From: Gammaproteobacteria bacterium
GTDB taxonomy: Bacteria; Pseudomonadota; Gammaproteobacteria; Arenicellales; Poriferihabitantaceae
Reading direction: 5' to 3'
DNA: 64,000 nucleotides
NCBI GenBank assembly: GCA_026709505.1
Contig: JAPOSW010000005.1
Coordinates: forward strand, 3,214-67,213
The notes beneath the pieces were generated by a model. That model ran no database searches, was not told where the DNA came from, and was given only the letters and a program-made list of their open reading frames with translations. Shown here one piece after another: positions 41,245 to 50,718 of the stretch (its first letter is position 1; every line of letters begins with the position of its first letter). The position numbers and the translations under genes were made by a program.

Positions 41245-41625
41245 CTAGAGAGCAATCCGTAATACAGAGAAAACTGCCAAAATGCCAAACAGCAGTAGAA
41301 CTACCTTTGAAAACAGCAGCATGCCCAGCCTGATACCGCGATTATGCACATAATCTTCAATAACGACCTGCAACCCCAACTGGGCATGATAGAACATGAA
41401 AATCGAGTACAGAATCAAGCAAAAGGCCGTGAATGGATCCGCAATCCATTCCTGCACTGCAAAATGGCTTTGCCCCAGTTGATCGATGATCGAGAATAAA
41501 AACCAGAGCGTCAATGGAATCAAGACCAGCGCAGAAAGACGCTGCCGCCACCAGTGGTGAGATCCCTCACCGGAGGCGCCCATGCCCTTCACTTTGGCAA
41601 GGGGGAGTTCCAGCTTCATATCCAC
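41245..41625 (-). CDS. sdhD: Succinate dehydrogenase membrane anchor subunit
   Basis: GSHHWWRQRLSALVLIPLTLWF and three TM helices. An alternative ATG at 41619 gives an ATGA overlap with the sdhC stop. Confidence 0.85.
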   Translation of the reverse strand: MDMKLELPLAKVKGMGASGEGSHHWWRQRLSALVLIPLTLWFLFSIIDQLGQSHFAVQEWIADPFTAFCLILYSIFMFYHAQLGLQVVIEDYVHNRGIRLGMLLFSKVVLLLFGILAVFSVLRIAL

Positions 41626-41981
41626 CAGACTCCGGCGGTGATTATGATCGCAAACACCATAACCAGCTTTCCTGTTCGATAAACCTGGGGAATTTCAAAG
41701 CCATAGCCGATATCCCAGGCCAGATGGCGAATGCCGTTGCACAGATGGTATGCTGTGCAAAGAGTCCAGATGATCATCAAGATCTTGCCAAGCGGAGAAA
41801 CGAGCAAGTCCGATAAACTCCCATACCATGGATCTCCTCTTGCTACGCTTTCTATCCATAGAGAGATCACTATCGCTCCGAGAGCAATGATTACCCCGGT
41901 AATTCGGTGCAATATCGACAGTACGGAGGTAATCTGGGGTCGATAGACCTGCAGATGCGGTGATAGAGGACGTGTACTCAA
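41616..41981 (-). CDS. sdhC: Succinate dehydrogenase cytochrome b556 subunit
   Basis: RPLSPHLQVYRPQITSVLSILHRITGV is the SdhC signature. I propose the TTG start at 41981 (M-STRPLSPHLQ, GGGGAG 9 nt upstream), giving 121 aa. The track ORF extends to 42137 with a non-SdhC-like leader. Confidence 0.85.
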   Translation of the reverse strand: MSTRPLSPHLQVYRPQITSVLSILHRITGVIIALGAIVISLWIESVARGDPWYGSLSDLLVSPLGKILMIIWTLCTAYHLCNGIRHLAWDIGYGFEIPQVYRTGKLVMVFAIIITAGVWWI

Positions 41982-42146
41982 GCTTTCGGTCTCCCCGAAC
42001 TCAAAAATGCCGATTATACTAAATTGCAGGGTGATATTTTTCACCTTGATTGCCTGTGAATCGATTAAACAGAATGATGTATTCCGAGTCTGGCATGTTG
42101 CCCAGGAAGGCGCCATAACAGAGCGTGTCGCCGACAAGGGGAAAAT

Positions 42147-42845
42147 TTATCGTGATTGTGCTTCTCCCGCGAACCTGGCTTCGCGTTGACGCAGGATCGC
42201 CGCTAGGGTTTCATTATACGGGGTTGGCACACCGACCTCGCGGCCCAGAATCGGCACGATCCCGTTGATCGCATCGAGCTCCGAAACCCGGCCAGCGATA
42301 TGGTCCAGCAGCATGGAGGGGCGGGCTTGCGGCATTCCGGCCCCAAATGCAGTGACATAGGCAACTGGATCGTCAAAGCTCAGAGGCATGCCCTTGGCTC
42401 CGGCAATCTCATAGGCCTCGCTCATTGCACCAAGCGCGATGGCCCAGTGATCAAGGTCTGCCATCAATTCGCCCACGGTTTTGCGAAATACCGTGCAGGG
42501 TGCGCTGAAGGTCACATTGCACAGGAACTTTTCCCAGACCAGCTGAGTGATGTTCTCATAAGCCTTGACATTGAAGCCGGCTCCTTGCCAAACACTCTCG
42601 ATCTGCTTCAGGCGAGGAGTGAGGCCTCCTCCAAGCTCACCAAGCATCTCCTCGACCAGAATGCGCGGAAATAGCAGCCGGCCTTCAGTTGTTGTACGTC
42701 CGCCACGGGCAACCACGGCATCTATTACCGCCTTCGGAGCGTGGCTCAGCCCGATTTTTTCAAGAATATCGAATGATGCATCGCGGATACGATCCAACTC
42801 ATCCGCATCCAGGAGCTTGAGCCGACCGGAAACAGGGACTCTCAT
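42147..42845 (-). pseudogene. Chimeric ORF: MttB-family methyltransferase N-terminus fused in frame to a PanE/ApbA ketopantoate-reductase C-terminal domain (deletion scar)
   Basis: Residues about 8-68 (LKLLDADELDRIRDASFDILEKIGLSHAPKAVIDAVVARGGRTTTEGRLLFPRILVEEML) look like the first about 65 aa of MttB-superfamily proteins. Residues about 80-232 (VWEKFLCNVTFSAPCTV...ARPSMLLDHIAGRVSELDAINGIV...GVPTPYNETL) look like the ApbA_C domain. Both the Rossmann half of PanE and the TIM barrel of MttB are missing. Confidence 0.65.
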
Positions 42846-43342
42846 TTTGAACTGCGGGATCGGTTCCGGAGCGCTGCTTCGTCATGGACGAACTTTTCTT
42901 AACGCCATTTTCTGGGTAACTTGGCCCGAATTGCACCGGCATGTTCAAGCAACGGGGATCTTTGCAAGTGCATCTCTACCAATGTCACACGGACCGGTTC
43001 ATTTATCAGCCGCACTACCCGGCCTGGGCAAAAAGTCTTTTGATTGGTCTATGATTCGGGCAATTTTCTTTTGGCTCTGCCAATTGCATGATGTCCGAAC
43101 CGTCAAGCTTTATGCTGTGTTCGATCGACCAACGCTTTCATTCGAGTTTCAATGAAGCCAAAGCATATCATGAGCAACAATGTCCGAAACCGAAATTTCT
43201 CTGTCCACCGTGCAAAATTGCTTGATGCAAATGGCCTGTCCTGTCACATTCGACATCTTCAAGCCTGACGCATTCATGTGTCTATACGGAAGTGTACAAT
43301 TCGAACTATCGAACATTCTTTATCCCTCCTGAGAAAATCAGC

Positions 43343-44293
43343 ATGCCATTACTGCAAACCCAACATCCTCCGATCAGCCCTGCGGATTCGGATTATTCAT
43401 CGGTCCTGAATAGCGGAGGGACTGAAGAATCGGGATTTTTGCTTGATCATCTATCCCTGATATCAGTAACCGGTTCCGATGCCGAAAAATTCCTTCAAAA
43501 TCAGTTCAGCAATGACGTCTCCGAAATATCCGGTACCCAAGCCCAATTGAATGCCTACTGCAATCCCAAGGGCAGAGCATTGGCCATGCTGTGTTTGATG
43601 AAAAGGCCGGATGATGGATACTGGATGATTGTCCCGAATGATCTGACGGACGGATTAATCAAGCGTCTGCGGATTTATGTAATGAGAGCCAAGGTCACGA
43701 TAAGCCTCGAAGAAGAGCATGCGATGCTCGGACTGCTTGGGGATAGAGCCGAGATGACGGACATCAATACCTACAAGTTTAGCGGCCATATCAGTCGCTC
43801 GATTGCAATTGGAAACCCTAAAAGACTGTTTGGCGAGATGAATATGCTGGGCAGCGTATTGAACTCGGATTACTGGAGACTGAGCGATATCCTGTCCGGA
43901 CTTCCACAGGTGTACAGCCAAACTGTCGAGCAATGCATTCCTCAACACATCAACATGGATATTGTATCCGGCATAAATTTCAGCAAGGGCTGTTATCCCG
44001 GACAGGAAATTATTGCTCGTCTTCGCTACCTTGGAAAGTCAAAATACCGTCTGTGCGCAGCAAGCGTGGTCAGCGAGGACCCGATTGAGCCGGGCCAGGC
44101 GCTTTTTGAAAAAGGTCATGCCAGCCAGAAAGCAGGCTTAGTTGTTGATGCCGTTGAAACCGGAAAAAGAGAATACCTAATCTCAGCCATGCTTAAGTTC
44201 AGCGCAGGAAAACATCCGGCAACGTGCCTTGGCTCGGGAGATGCCCCGGTGCTCTGTTTGCGGAATTTGCCTTATGAAGTGCCCGTCGAATAG
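43343..44293 (+). CDS. ygfZ: tRNA-modifying folate-binding protein YgfZ (CAF17 family)
   Basis: Motifs are KGCYPGQEIIARLRYLGKSK and FLQNQFSNDV. The start is either the ATG at 43343 (MPLLQTQ) or the GTG at 43292. Confidence 0.85.
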   Translation: MPLLQTQHPPISPADSDYSSVLNSGGTEESGFLLDHLSLISVTGSDAEKFLQNQFSNDVSEISGTQAQLNAYCNPKGRALAMLCLMKRPDDGYWMIVPNDLTDGLIKRLRIYVMRAKVTISLEEEHAMLGLLGDRAEMTDINTYKFSGHISRSIAIGNPKRLFGEMNMLGSVLNSDYWRLSDILSGLPQVYSQTVEQCIPQHINMDIVSGINFSKGCYPGQEIIARLRYLGKSKYRLCAASVVSEDPIEPGQALFEKGHASQKAGLVVDAVETGKREYLISAMLKFSAGKHPATCLGSGDAPVLCLRNLPYEVPVE

Positions 44294-44310
44294 TCTTTCG
44301 CCTGACTCCG

Positions 44311-44332
44311 GCCAGAGGTTGCCTTGGCTTTT
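44311..44332 (+). terminator. Candidate intrinsic terminator in the ygfZ/ftsB convergent gap
   Basis: GCCAGAGG-TT-GCCTTGGC forms an imperfect GC-rich hairpin followed by TTTT (44329-44332). Confidence 0.35.
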
Positions 44333-44348
44333 CGTCAGCCCTCCCCCA

Positions 44349-44645
44349 TTAGAAGGAGTCGGCCTCGACCTCTGGAATCTCAACAATTTGATAGAAAACC
44401 TCATCCTCCTTGATCAGGCCCAGCTCAGAACGGGCAATTGCTTCAACCGCCTTATCGCTGCCTTTGTAAGCCATGACTTGACGCAGAAGCCTGTCATTTC
44501 GGGCCTTCAGCACCTTGTTCTCTGAGGCCTGTGTTTCAAGTTGGGCCTGAAGCTTGCGCAGTTCGAAGAAATTGTTATAGCCAAACAGAAACATGTAGGC
44601 CAGTCCCAGCAGGCAAACCAGTATGGAATAATTGATGGCCTTCAT
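44349..44645 (-). CDS. ftsB: Cell division protein FtsB
   Basis: One N-terminal TM segment and a coiled-coil/leucine-zipper region ([25 protein letters not shown]). Its ATG overlaps the eno stop (ATGA). Confidence 0.9.
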   Translation of the reverse strand: MKAINYSILVCLLGLAYMFLFGYNNFFELRKLQAQLETQASENKVLKARNDRLLRQVMAYKGSDKAVEAIARSELGLIKEDEVFYQIVEIPEVEADSF

Positions 44646-45955
44646 CTGTTCGACTGCATGATTAGATGTCCAAAAGAACCAGTATCGGCGTATTTCGCCT
44701 TGTCACCAAGCAGCATCTCGATTTTCAGCAGGCGGTTATATTTGGCTGTCCTCTCGGACCGGCAAAGCGATCCCGTCTTTATCTGCCCAGCCGCGGCTGC
44801 AACGGATAAATCCGCGATGGTGGTATCTTCCGTCTCTCCGGAGCGATGGGAAATTGTAACACCATAGGATGATTCTCGGGCCATTTTAATGGCCTCCAGA
44901 GTCTCGGTTAACGTGCCAATTTGATTCATCTTCACCAGGATTGCATTGCCAAGCCCTTTTTTTATTCCTTGTGCAAAAACCTTGGGGTTGGTCACAAACA
45001 AATCATCGCCCGTCAACTGCACAGAATTTCCCAGCTTTTCCGTTAAAGCCTGCCAGCCCTGCCAGTCTGTTTCAGCCATGCCATCTTCAATGCTGATGAT
45101 AGGGTATTTTTTCGACCAGTTGACCAGATACTCGATAAATTCATGGGAAGAAAGGCTGGCATTTTCAGATTTAAGATAGTAGCATCCATCCCTGTAGAAT
45201 TCAGAACTGGCTGGGTCCAGTCCAATCATCACTTGGTCATGCGGTTTGTAACCTGCTTTTTCAATGGCAGTCATAACCAATGAGATCGCTTCTTCATTGG
45301 ACTTGCATTCCGGTGCAAACCCTCCTTCATCTCCCACACCGGTAGAGTAAGAATGATCAAGCAATACTGACCTTAGCGCATGAAATATTTCAACCCCGCA
45401 ACGAAGCGCCTCCCGGTAAGAGTCAAATCCTGTCGGAAGCACCATGAATTCCTGAAAGTCAATCAAGTTATCAGCATGAGCACCGCCATTGATGATGTTC
45501 ATCTGAGGAATCGGCAAGGTGTACTCATGGTTGCCGGATAACTCGCCCAAATATTGAAACAGCGGCACCTTGGCTACATTGGCAGCCGCATGAGCAGCTG
45601 CCATGGACACCGCCAATATTGCATTTGCCCCCAGACGACTTTTTACTTCAGTGCCATCAAGTTCGACCAGGCATGAGTCAATGCGTTGCTGATCAGAAAC
45701 ATTTATGCCCCACAACTCGGGCTGGATAAGTGATTGAATGTTGTCTACCGCAGTTTGAACGCCTTTGCCGAGATAGCGGGATTTATCGCCATCACGAAGT
45801 TCAAGCGCCTCCAGAGAACCGGTCGATGCTCCCGAAGGTACAGCGGCTGACCCTCGAACTCCATCTTGAGTCTCTACCTCGGCTGCTACGGTCGGGTTAC
45901 CGCGGGAGTCAAGAACCTCCCATGCGGTGATTTGCTTGATCCGTTGTAATGGCAT
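44642..45955 (-). CDS. eno: Enolase
   Basis: [30 protein letters not shown] and [15 protein letters not shown] motifs. Confidence 0.95.
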   Translation of the reverse strand: MPLQRIKQITAWEVLDSRGNPTVAAEVETQDGVRGSAAVPSGASTGSLEALELRDGDKSRYLGKGVQTAVDNIQSLIQPELWGINVSDQQRIDSCLVELDGTEVKSRLGANAILAVSMAAAHAAANVAKVPLFQYLGELSGNHEYTLPIPQMNIINGGAHADNLIDFQEFMVLPTGFDSYREALRCGVEIFHALRSVLLDHSYSTGVGDEGGFAPECKSNEEAISLVMTAIEKAGYKPHDQVMIGLDPASSEFYRDGCYYLKSENASLSSHEFIEYLVNWSKKYPIISIEDGMAETDWQGWQALTEKLGNSVQLTGDDLFVTNPKVFAQGIKKGLGNAILVKMNQIGTLTETLEAIKMARESSYGVTISHRSGETEDTTIADLSVAAAAGQIKTGSLCRSERTAKYNRLLKIEMLLGDKAKYADTGSFGHLIMQSNR

Positions 45956-45970
45956 TTTGTCAGCTTGGGG

Positions 45971-46822
45971 CTAGCATCCTGCAATATCGAAATTGCTGAA
46001 GGAGCCTGTTAATTCATCGATTTTCATTAATTGAGAGAGCAATTCTTCCATGCGCTCCAATGGCCATGCATTTGGACCATCACTAAAGGCATGATCGGGG
46101 TCGGGATGCGTTTCCATGAACAGGCCATCAACCCCTGCCGCCACTGCAGCCCGGGAAAGAGTCGGGATAAACTGCCTCTGTCCTCCGGACTTTCCACCCG
46201 CCGCACCCGGCAACTGCACTGAATGGGTAGCATCAAACACAACCGGAAAACCCAGTGTTTTCAGGATTTGCAGACCGCGCATATCAACCACGAGATTATT
46301 GTATCCAAAACTGTTGCCTCTCTCGCACAACATGATTTGACAATCAGGGTTGGCGTTCTGCACTTTCCCTGCCACATGTTCCATTTCCAGATGCGACAGG
46401 AACTGCCCCTTTTTTATATTGACGGGCTTGCCGCTAACGGCGGCCGCTTCAAGCAAATCGGTTTGCCGGCACAAAAAGGCAGGAATTTGGAGCACATCGA
46501 CAGATTTGGACGCTTCGTGCACATCTTCAACACTGTGGACATCCGTAATTACCGGCACACCGACCTCATTGCGAACTCCATCCAGAATTTCCAGTCCATC
46601 TTTACGCCCCGGACCTCTATGAGAATGATGCGAGGTTCGATTGGCCTTGTCAAATGAGGACTTGTAGATGAAGTCAATACCGAGACGGGAGGTGATCTCT
46701 TTCAATTCACCCGCGGTTTCAAGCGCCATTTCCCTCGATTCAATAACGCACGGACCCGCAAACAGGAAGAATCCCCGGTTGTCACGTCTTGTAAACATGG
46801 GAATTTTCATCTGATTTGCCAT
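45971..46822 (-). CDS. kdsA: 2-dehydro-3-deoxyphosphooctonate aldolase (KDO-8-P synthase)
   Basis: [37 protein letters not shown] and VFDATHSVQ motifs. Confidence 0.95.
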   Translation of the reverse strand: MANQMKIPMFTRRDNRGFFLFAGPCVIESREMALETAGELKEITSRLGIDFIYKSSFDKANRTSHHSHRGPGRKDGLEILDGVRNEVGVPVITDVHSVEDVHEASKSVDVLQIPAFLCRQTDLLEAAAVSGKPVNIKKGQFLSHLEMEHVAGKVQNANPDCQIMLCERGNSFGYNNLVVDMRGLQILKTLGFPVVFDATHSVQLPGAAGGKSGGQRQFIPTLSRAAVAAGVDGLFMETHPDPDHAFSDGPNAWPLERMEELLSQLMKIDELTGSFSNFDIAGC

Positions 46823-46842
46823 GTCGCCTGAATTGACAAGGT

Positions 46843-48564
<1,722 letters not shown>

Positions 48565-48724
48565 CTAAACGGCCGAAAGGCTATACGGAATACATGAAGG
48601 GAACTCTGCATGGATTGACAGTATAACGCAAGTTCATGTGTTCAATTCAGATATGTTTATGGAGCAGACGGGCTTTCGCCAACTGGAGCAGCAACTTTCA
48701 TAATATGAAGAATGCTCTTACTGC

Positions 48725-48752
48725 TTGAAAAATATAGTCTTTATACTATATT
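48725..48752 (+). promoter_or_regulatory. Candidate promoter with an overlapping operator palindrome for the toxin-antitoxin pair
   Basis: TTGAAA (48725-48730) is followed after 16 nt by TATATT (48747-48752). A 7-bp inverted repeat ATATAGT-N6-ACTATAT (48732-48751) overlaps the spacer and the -10 box. The toxin ATG is only 5 nt downstream of the -10. Confidence 0.35.
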
Positions 48753-48757
48753 TGGAC

Positions 48758-49125
48758 ATGAATTGGATAATTCAATTTCATGATGAATTTGAAGACGAGT
48801 TCGACAATCTTAATGAGGCTCTGCAAGATGCTATTTTTGCCAAGATCGATGCTACTCGAGCAGGTCAGGCCTCTTCTGGTACCATCTCACCAGATGCACT
48901 GCATGGTTCATCCTACGCGAAAATGAAAGAGCCTCGTTGCCGGGCAGACAATCATGAATGGCGCATACTGTTTGCTTTTGATCCAGGTCACAAACTGTAT
49001 TATTAGTAGCCGGAGTCAATCAGAAAGGTTTCTACAAACAACTGATTGCCAAGGCTGAGAGTCGCTACAAGCAATATCCGACCTTGTGCAAAAGAGATTA
49101 TGATGATGGGCAGTTCCCTGAATGA
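48758..49125 (+). pseudogene. Gp49/HigB-like RelE-ParE superfamily toxin, frameshifted
   Basis: MNWIIQFHDEFEDEFDNL...LHGSSYAKMKE...EWRILFAFDPGHK follows the family pattern up to about 48990. The reading frame then hits TAG at 49004-49006. The expected continuation VLLVAGVNQKGFYKQLIAKAESRYKQY is encoded in the +2 frame, ending at the TGA at 49123-49125. Confidence 0.65.
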
Positions 49126-49438
49126 AAAGCTGAACCCGGTCCCGAAAGAACGCCGTCAACGCATTTTCACCGAAGCTGATCGTCTGCATGCTGAGTATAT
49201 GACGCTTCAAGATATCCGCAAGGCCAAAATGCTCACTCAGGTCCAGCTTGTGGAATCTCTCAATATACGTCAGGCCACGGTTGCCCAGACAGAGAAACGA
49301 AGCAATATGCTGCTTTCCACCTTGCGTAACTATATCGAGGCCATGGGTGGTCAATTACTCCTTACAGTTGAATTTCCCGATCGTCCACATGTCGTGCTCA
49401 AAGGACTCAGCGATATCGAGCAGTTCAGCACAGGATGA
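49100..49438 (+). CDS. XRE-family HTH antitoxin (HigA-like partner of Gp49-type toxins)
   Basis: The HTH is TLQDIRKAKMLTQVQLVESLNIRQATVAQTEKRSNMLLSTLRNYIEAMGGQLLLTVEFPD. I chose the ATG at 49100 (MMMGSS). It overlaps the restored toxin frame end. Confidence 0.75.
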   Translation: MMMGSSLNEKLNPVPKERRQRIFTEADRLHAEYMTLQDIRKAKMLTQVQLVESLNIRQATVAQTEKRSNMLLSTLRNYIEAMGGQLLLTVEFPDRPHVVLKGLSDIEQFSTG

Positions 49439-49650
49439 TTGCCTAATCCAGATCTTGGAACACGCCGCACGCAGCCAAGAGTGAATTATGAGCATTCTGT
49501 GATCCGGGCTAGAGGATTTATGCAGATAGGCAATTCATCGACAAGGTGCTTGCCAACAAACATGCAAACCCCAAAACCGGGAGCATCTGAATCCGGTACG
49601 ACGAATACGTCAATCTCCAATCCACAAACTTCATGTTCCGGATTACTCTG

Positions 49651-49750
49651 CATGCTCAACCGAAAGCTAACTTGGATGTTGCAACCTCGCCTGAAATGTT
49701 ATCGCAACAAGATGATTCCATACCATCAAGGCATCATGCTCAACCGAAAG
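49651..49750 (+). repeat. 16-bp perfect direct repeat CATGCTCAACCGAAAG, two copies 84 bp apart
   Basis: The copies lie at 49651-49666 and 49735-49750, in the non-coding stretch between the antitoxin and the Calx-like gene. Confidence 0.8.
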
Positions 49751-49868
49751 AGAATTAAGGATATTCTGGTAGTTGCACAGTTTTAAATCAGCTTGTTTTA
49801 AGAGGGATAAAGCATTATAGCAGTGCCTGCAAGCGCAACAACTCTTATCAAGCAGTCTGGAGAGAATC

Positions 49869-50342
49869 ATGAAAAGATTAATGAAGTTCACCGCCGCACT
49901 AGTGGCTGTGCTGATGGCCGGGCAGGTGATGGCGCAGGGCACTCCGACAGTCAGCTTGCGAATCTATAATGTCGGCAATCCCAATATGGCCAGTGAGGAT
50001 CAAGATTGCACGAACGGTCCTGGCAGACCGTACATCCAGTTATCTTCCAGTCAGGCTGCGACTGTTAGCAGAATCCGCGTCTTGGCCTACACCGTCTCTG
50101 GCCATAACCGCCTATACGACTATGGCGTGCCGGTATATATCGAACCGGGCTCTGAAGGAACTCAGTATGCCCTATCGCTATCCGAGACCATGCAGACGTT
50201 CAGTGTTGGGAGTTGGAATAGCGCTGGTACCGGGGCGGCTGGAACAGCCATCTGCTGGCCTAATGACACGCTGGTCACGGGCGACAGTGAGGTCGAGGTC
50301 GTCCTGCTGGCTGGATCTGGCTACCTGGTAGAAGGGATATGA
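49869..50342 (+). CDS. Secreted protein with a Calx-beta-like fold, upstream part
   Basis: A good RBS (GGAGAG, 5 nt spacer) and a Sec signal peptide (MKRLMKFTAALVAVLMAGQVMA-QG) support the start. Segments RIRVLAYTVSGHNRLYDYGVPVYIEPGSEGTQYALSL and SEVEVVLLAGSGYLVEG resemble Calx-beta strands. Confidence 0.55.
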   Translation: MKRLMKFTAALVAVLMAGQVMAQGTPTVSLRIYNVGNPNMASEDQDCTNGPGRPYIQLSSSQAATVSRIRVLAYTVSGHNRLYDYGVPVYIEPGSEGTQYALSLSETMQTFSVGSWNSAGTGAAGTAICWPNDTLVTGDSEVEVVLLAGSGYLVEGI

Positions 50343-50626
50343 ACAGCGGCACAATTACCATCACGGAAGACGATGACTGCGCGAGTCCGGATGATCGCAC
50401 GCTCTACATGCCGATAGGCGGCAACATGAACAATACCTGTGTTTGTAGAACACGCGCAGTGGCAGCCAGACTGTATCCGGGATCGGTCAAGCAGGCAGAC
50501 GGCCAGGACTGGACCCACAGCCTCGCTGACTACTATGTCACGATCAACGGCAACCGCTCCCTGCGCTCAAGCACGGATTATTCAAGATACTGCCTGCAAT
50601 CGCCCTATCAGGGGCCGGGCACCTGA
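50339..50626 (+). CDS. Downstream part or partner of the Calx-beta-like gene (ATGA overlap, different frame)
   Basis: It begins MNSGTITITEDDDC, which looks like the terminal Calx-beta strand (tvtI.DdD), followed by a Cys-containing tail of about 80 aa. It may be the 3' portion of a frameshifted single gene. Confidence 0.45.
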   Translation: MNSGTITITEDDDCASPDDRTLYMPIGGNMNNTCVCRTRAVAARLYPGSVKQADGQDWTHSLADYYVTINGNRSLRSSTDYSRYCLQSPYQGPGT

Positions 50627-50718
50627 TCAGATGAGATGCAATGATGCAGTCTTCGGATCGCCTTTTCTGCAGTCAGGTCTTGCAGTTTTCAGACTGATTC
50701 ACTACGAAAAAGCAGCAG

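Noticed and set aside
42011-42016. TATAAT hexamer upstream of the proposed sdhC start, considered as the sdh promoter -10
   Set aside because: The hexamer is perfect, but the sequence 17 nt upstream (AAAAAT) is a poor -35 and I have no mapping data. I left it unannotated.
42565-43155. 196-aa plus-strand ORF spanning the spacer upstream of the chimeric ORF
   Set aside because: Half of it is antisense to the chimeric ORF. Its composition is Ser/Arg/Pro-rich and low in complexity, and I recognise no motif.
42846-43342. 6S RNA (ssrS) or another known ncRNA near ygfZ
   Set aside because: I see no resemblance to the 6S sequence or its long imperfect hairpin architecture. In E. coli ssrS is linked to zapA/ygfA, not ygfZ.
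50330-50345. Programmed ribosomal frameshift joining the two Calx-like ORFs
   Set aside because: There is no X XXY YYZ slippery heptamer and no obvious downstream stimulatory structure. A mutational frameshift or simple ATGA coupling is more parsimonious.
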